DNA of 16,650 nt from a virus. The stretch lies in UHGV virus genome UHGV-0207574; one strand, given 5' to 3'. Position numbers and translations under genes: made by a program. How positions within the stretch are numbered: the first letter of the stretch is position 1; every line of letters starts with the position of its first letter. The notes under the pieces were generated by a model. That model was not told where the DNA came from, did not search any database, and worked only from the letters and a program-made list of their open reading frames with translations. Shown here piece by piece: positions 14,763 through 16,650 of the stretch.

Positions 14763-14943
14763 GGTCTCTTCTCTTGAATTAGCACGTATAGCTAAAGCGT
14801 AGCGGCTTTTTTGCTCGCAACTGACGGGAGTTACTCTGAAAATGTAGAAAAGGCTGCGTTTGCCTTTTTCTGTTTCTATAGAATCAAGTAGCCTACAGGG
14901 CGGCGATTACCAGGCTATGATCAAATCAGCAAATCAGGGCGTC

Positions 14944-14971
14944 TGGACATCAGTTGACGTGCTGTTACAAT
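14944..14971 (+). promoter_or_regulatory. Putative sigma-70 promoter for mlaA (-35 TGGACA, 16-bp spacer, -10 TACAAT)
   Basis: Hexamers at 14944-14949 and 14966-14971, ~85 bp upstream of the mlaA start. Confidence 0.35.
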
Positions 14972-15055
14972 CGCCCACACCTAAACAGGCGGATACGGTA
15001 TCGTTCCGTCATGGATGGCAAACTGCATAAGCCATAAAAAAACAGGGAGACATTT

Positions 15056-15811
15056 ATGAAGCTTCGCCTGTCGGCGCTTGCTCTGGGAACTACGCTTCTG
15101 GTGGGGTGTGCGAGTTCCGGTACAGATCAGCAAGGGCGTTCTGACCCGTTAGAAGGGTTCAACCGCACCATGTACAACTTCAACTTCAATGTATTAGACC
15201 CGTATATTGTTCGACCGGTCGCTGTCGCCTGGCGTGATTATGTTCCGCAACCGGCGCGTAACGGTTTGAGCAACTTTACTGGCAACCTTGAAGAACCTGC
15301 GGTGATGGTTAACTACTTCTTGCAGGGCGACCCTTATCAGGGGATGGTCCACTTTACCCGCTTTTTCCTGAACACCATTTTGGGGATGGGCGGTTTTATT
15401 GATGTTGCAGGGATGGCGAACCCGAAACTGCAACGGACTGAACCTCACCGCTTCGGTAGTACGCTTGGTCATTATGGCGTGGGTTATGGGCCTTACGTTC
15501 AGTTACCGTTCTACGGTAGCTTCACGCTGCGTGATGACGGTGGTGATATGGCGGATGGTCTTTACCCGGTTCTTTCCTGGCTGACCTGGCCGATGTCTGT
15601 GGGTAAATGGACGCTTGAAGGGATCGAAACCCGCGCTCAGCTGCTGGATTCCGATGGTCTGCTGCGTCAGTCGTCCGATCCTTATATTATGGTGCGCGAA
15701 GCGTACTTCCAGCGTCATGATTTCATCGCTAATGGCGGCGAACTCAAACCGCAGGAAAATCCGAACGCACAAGCGATTCAGGATGATTTAAAAGATATTG
15801 ATTCTGAATAA
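15056..15811 (+). CDS. mlaA: Outer-membrane lipoprotein MlaA/VacJ (phospholipid asymmetry maintenance)
   Basis: AGGGAG RBS; MKLRLSALALGTTLLVGCASSG has a lipoprotein signal peptide with lipobox LVGC. 251 aa, matching my recollection of MlaA/VacJ. Confidence 0.88.
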   Translation: MKLRLSALALGTTLLVGCASSGTDQQGRSDPLEGFNRTMYNFNFNVLDPYIVRPVAVAWRDYVPQPARNGLSNFTGNLEEPAVMVNYFLQGDPYQGMVHFTRFFLNTILGMGGFIDVAGMANPKLQRTEPHRFGSTLGHYGVGYGPYVQLPFYGSFTLRDDGGDMADGLYPVLSWLTWPMSVGKWTLEGIETRAQLLDSDGLLRQSSDPYIMVREAYFQRHDFIANGGELKPQENPNAQAIQDDLKDIDSE

Positions 15812-15826
15812 GAAACAAATAAAAAA

Positions 15827-15852
15827 GGTGAGTCGCAAAACTCACCTTTTTT
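15827..15852. terminator. Bidirectional intrinsic terminator between convergent mlaA and the yfdF-like gene
   Basis: AAAAAA-GGTGAG-TCGCAAAA-CTCACC-TTTTTT: a 6-bp stem flanked by an A-tract and a T-tract. Confidence 0.7.
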
Positions 15853-15992
15853 GTTGTTATCCCTCAATTACCACAAGTAAAAGGAGATAAACCGACAATG
15901 ACCTAGACGTAATTATGTAAAAATACTGATGTTCGTCACTGACTATTTCCGATATTCAGCTGTTGAAAAATCAAAAAACTGGAAAAATAATT

Positions 15993-16650
15993 TTAAATAT
16001 CATCAAAATTAACACCTGGCGCAGATGGTTGATTAATTTCATTTTGATATTCAGCCTGGCGATTTTGAAGCCTTTCTTCAATTTTACCTTCGAGATCCTT
16101 AAAATGCTTATATATTTTTTGAGAATGGCCAACGTTAATTTTGTTACCGACTAAAGTAGAAACTATTTCTTTTAGATGGTCGCATTTATATTTTGCATCG
16201 TCCACTTGAAAATCATATCTTATTGCTCGACCATAACGTTTAAAAACGTCGTTTGGTTCTCTCAGTCTTTCCCCGTTGAGCTCGTTTACAACCTGATGAT
16301 CGGAACCAGTTGCAAATGATTCTGCCATGATAGCTTTACTGCTTTCAAACCACGCTGAAGCACTCCTGGCGTTTTCACTACAATATTGGGTGAGACTATC
16401 ACCATTAATACGAATTCCTCTTTGAATGTGGTAGTCGTCCTGATCGTAGTAACCGAGAGATAAGTAATCATTTCCGTTTTTATTTTTAATTACAATAGCG
16501 AGAGAGTCGCCTTTTTTATCTTTACCGTACCAGGTAAATAAGTCCGTTGGTTCGCTTTTCCCGCTCTCATCAAATTCCGTTACCGTATGTCTGAGTTTGT
16601 GTGATATCTTATCGAAGATAAAACCAGGATCTCCATCATATATTTCTTTT
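15993..16650 (-). CDS. yfdF: Hypothetical protein (YfdF-like), 3' portion; 5' end lies beyond the window
   Basis: My own translation of the minus strand shows one continuous open frame from the window edge to the stop at 15993 (...KAIMAESFATGSDHQVVNELNGERLREP...NFDDI). The ORF track reports only the part after the first ATG (15993..16328). Name assigned by synteny only. Confidence 0.5.
   Translation of the reverse strand, partial: KEIYDGDPGFIFDKISHKLRHTVTEFDESGKSEPTDLFTWYGKDKKGDSLAIVIKNKNGNDYLSLGYYDQDDYHIQRGIRINGDSLTQYCSENARSASAWFESSKAIMAESFATGSDHQVVNELNGERLREPNDVFKRYGRAIRYDFQVDDAKYKCDHLKEIVSTLVGNKINVGHSQKIYKHFKDLEGKIEERLQNRQAEYQNEINQPSAPGVNFDDI

Noticed and set aside
14019-14782. ORFs 14019..14348, 14077..14472, 14323..14583, 14408..14677 and 14534..14782
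   Set aside because: All overlap yfdC, whose FNT-family membrane protein frame is clearly the real one.
15194-15772. ORFs 15194..15472, 15399..15584 and 15503..15772
   Set aside because: All overlap mlaA in other frames or antisense.
16286-16471. 61-aa minus-strand ORF suggesting a frameshift in the yfdF-like gene, and the antisense ORF 15963..16154
   Set aside because: My own translation shows the frame of 15993..16328 stays open continuously to the window edge (16650). The gene is simply 5'-incomplete in this window, not frameshifted.

Overview
Read by eye from the sequence and ORF track; no database search was run, and all homology statements are from memory of well-known protein families. 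The window looks like an Escherichia/Shigella-type chromosome segment. It begins with the LysR-family regulator DsdC (74..1009, +). A ~12.6 kb defective, mosaic prophage follows, integrated at the 3' end of tRNA-Arg(CCU) argW and bounded by a 16-bp direct repeat (1104-1119 and 13679-13694). After it come yfdC (FNT-family channel), mlaA/vacJ and the 3' part of a yfdF-like gene. The layout resembles the K-12 CPS-53/KplE1 element, but with more tail genes retained. The prophage has four blocks. (i) At the att-right end, the excisionase/RDF TorI. (ii) On the minus strand, a lambdoid early-right remnant: cro 3' fragment, nutR-like boxA/boxB, cII-like gene, small ORF, O-like initiator with in-gene iterons, a DnaB-N-terminal-domain fusion protein, a zinc-ribbon ORF and a hypothetical ORF. 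(iii) On the plus strand, a GC-rich Mu-like baseplate and tail-fibre module, truncated at its 5' end, ending in convergent tail-fibre-assembly genes. (iv) At the att-left end, the gtrA-gtrB-gtrC O-antigen glucosylation operon and the integrase IntS next to argW. No cI, N, Q, lysis, head or terminase genes are present, so the element is almost certainly cryptic. The most interesting signals are the rearrangement scars, the in-gene replication origin, a possible relic invertase crossover site in the tail-fibre gene, and short tRNA- and promoter-derived repeats around the att sites.
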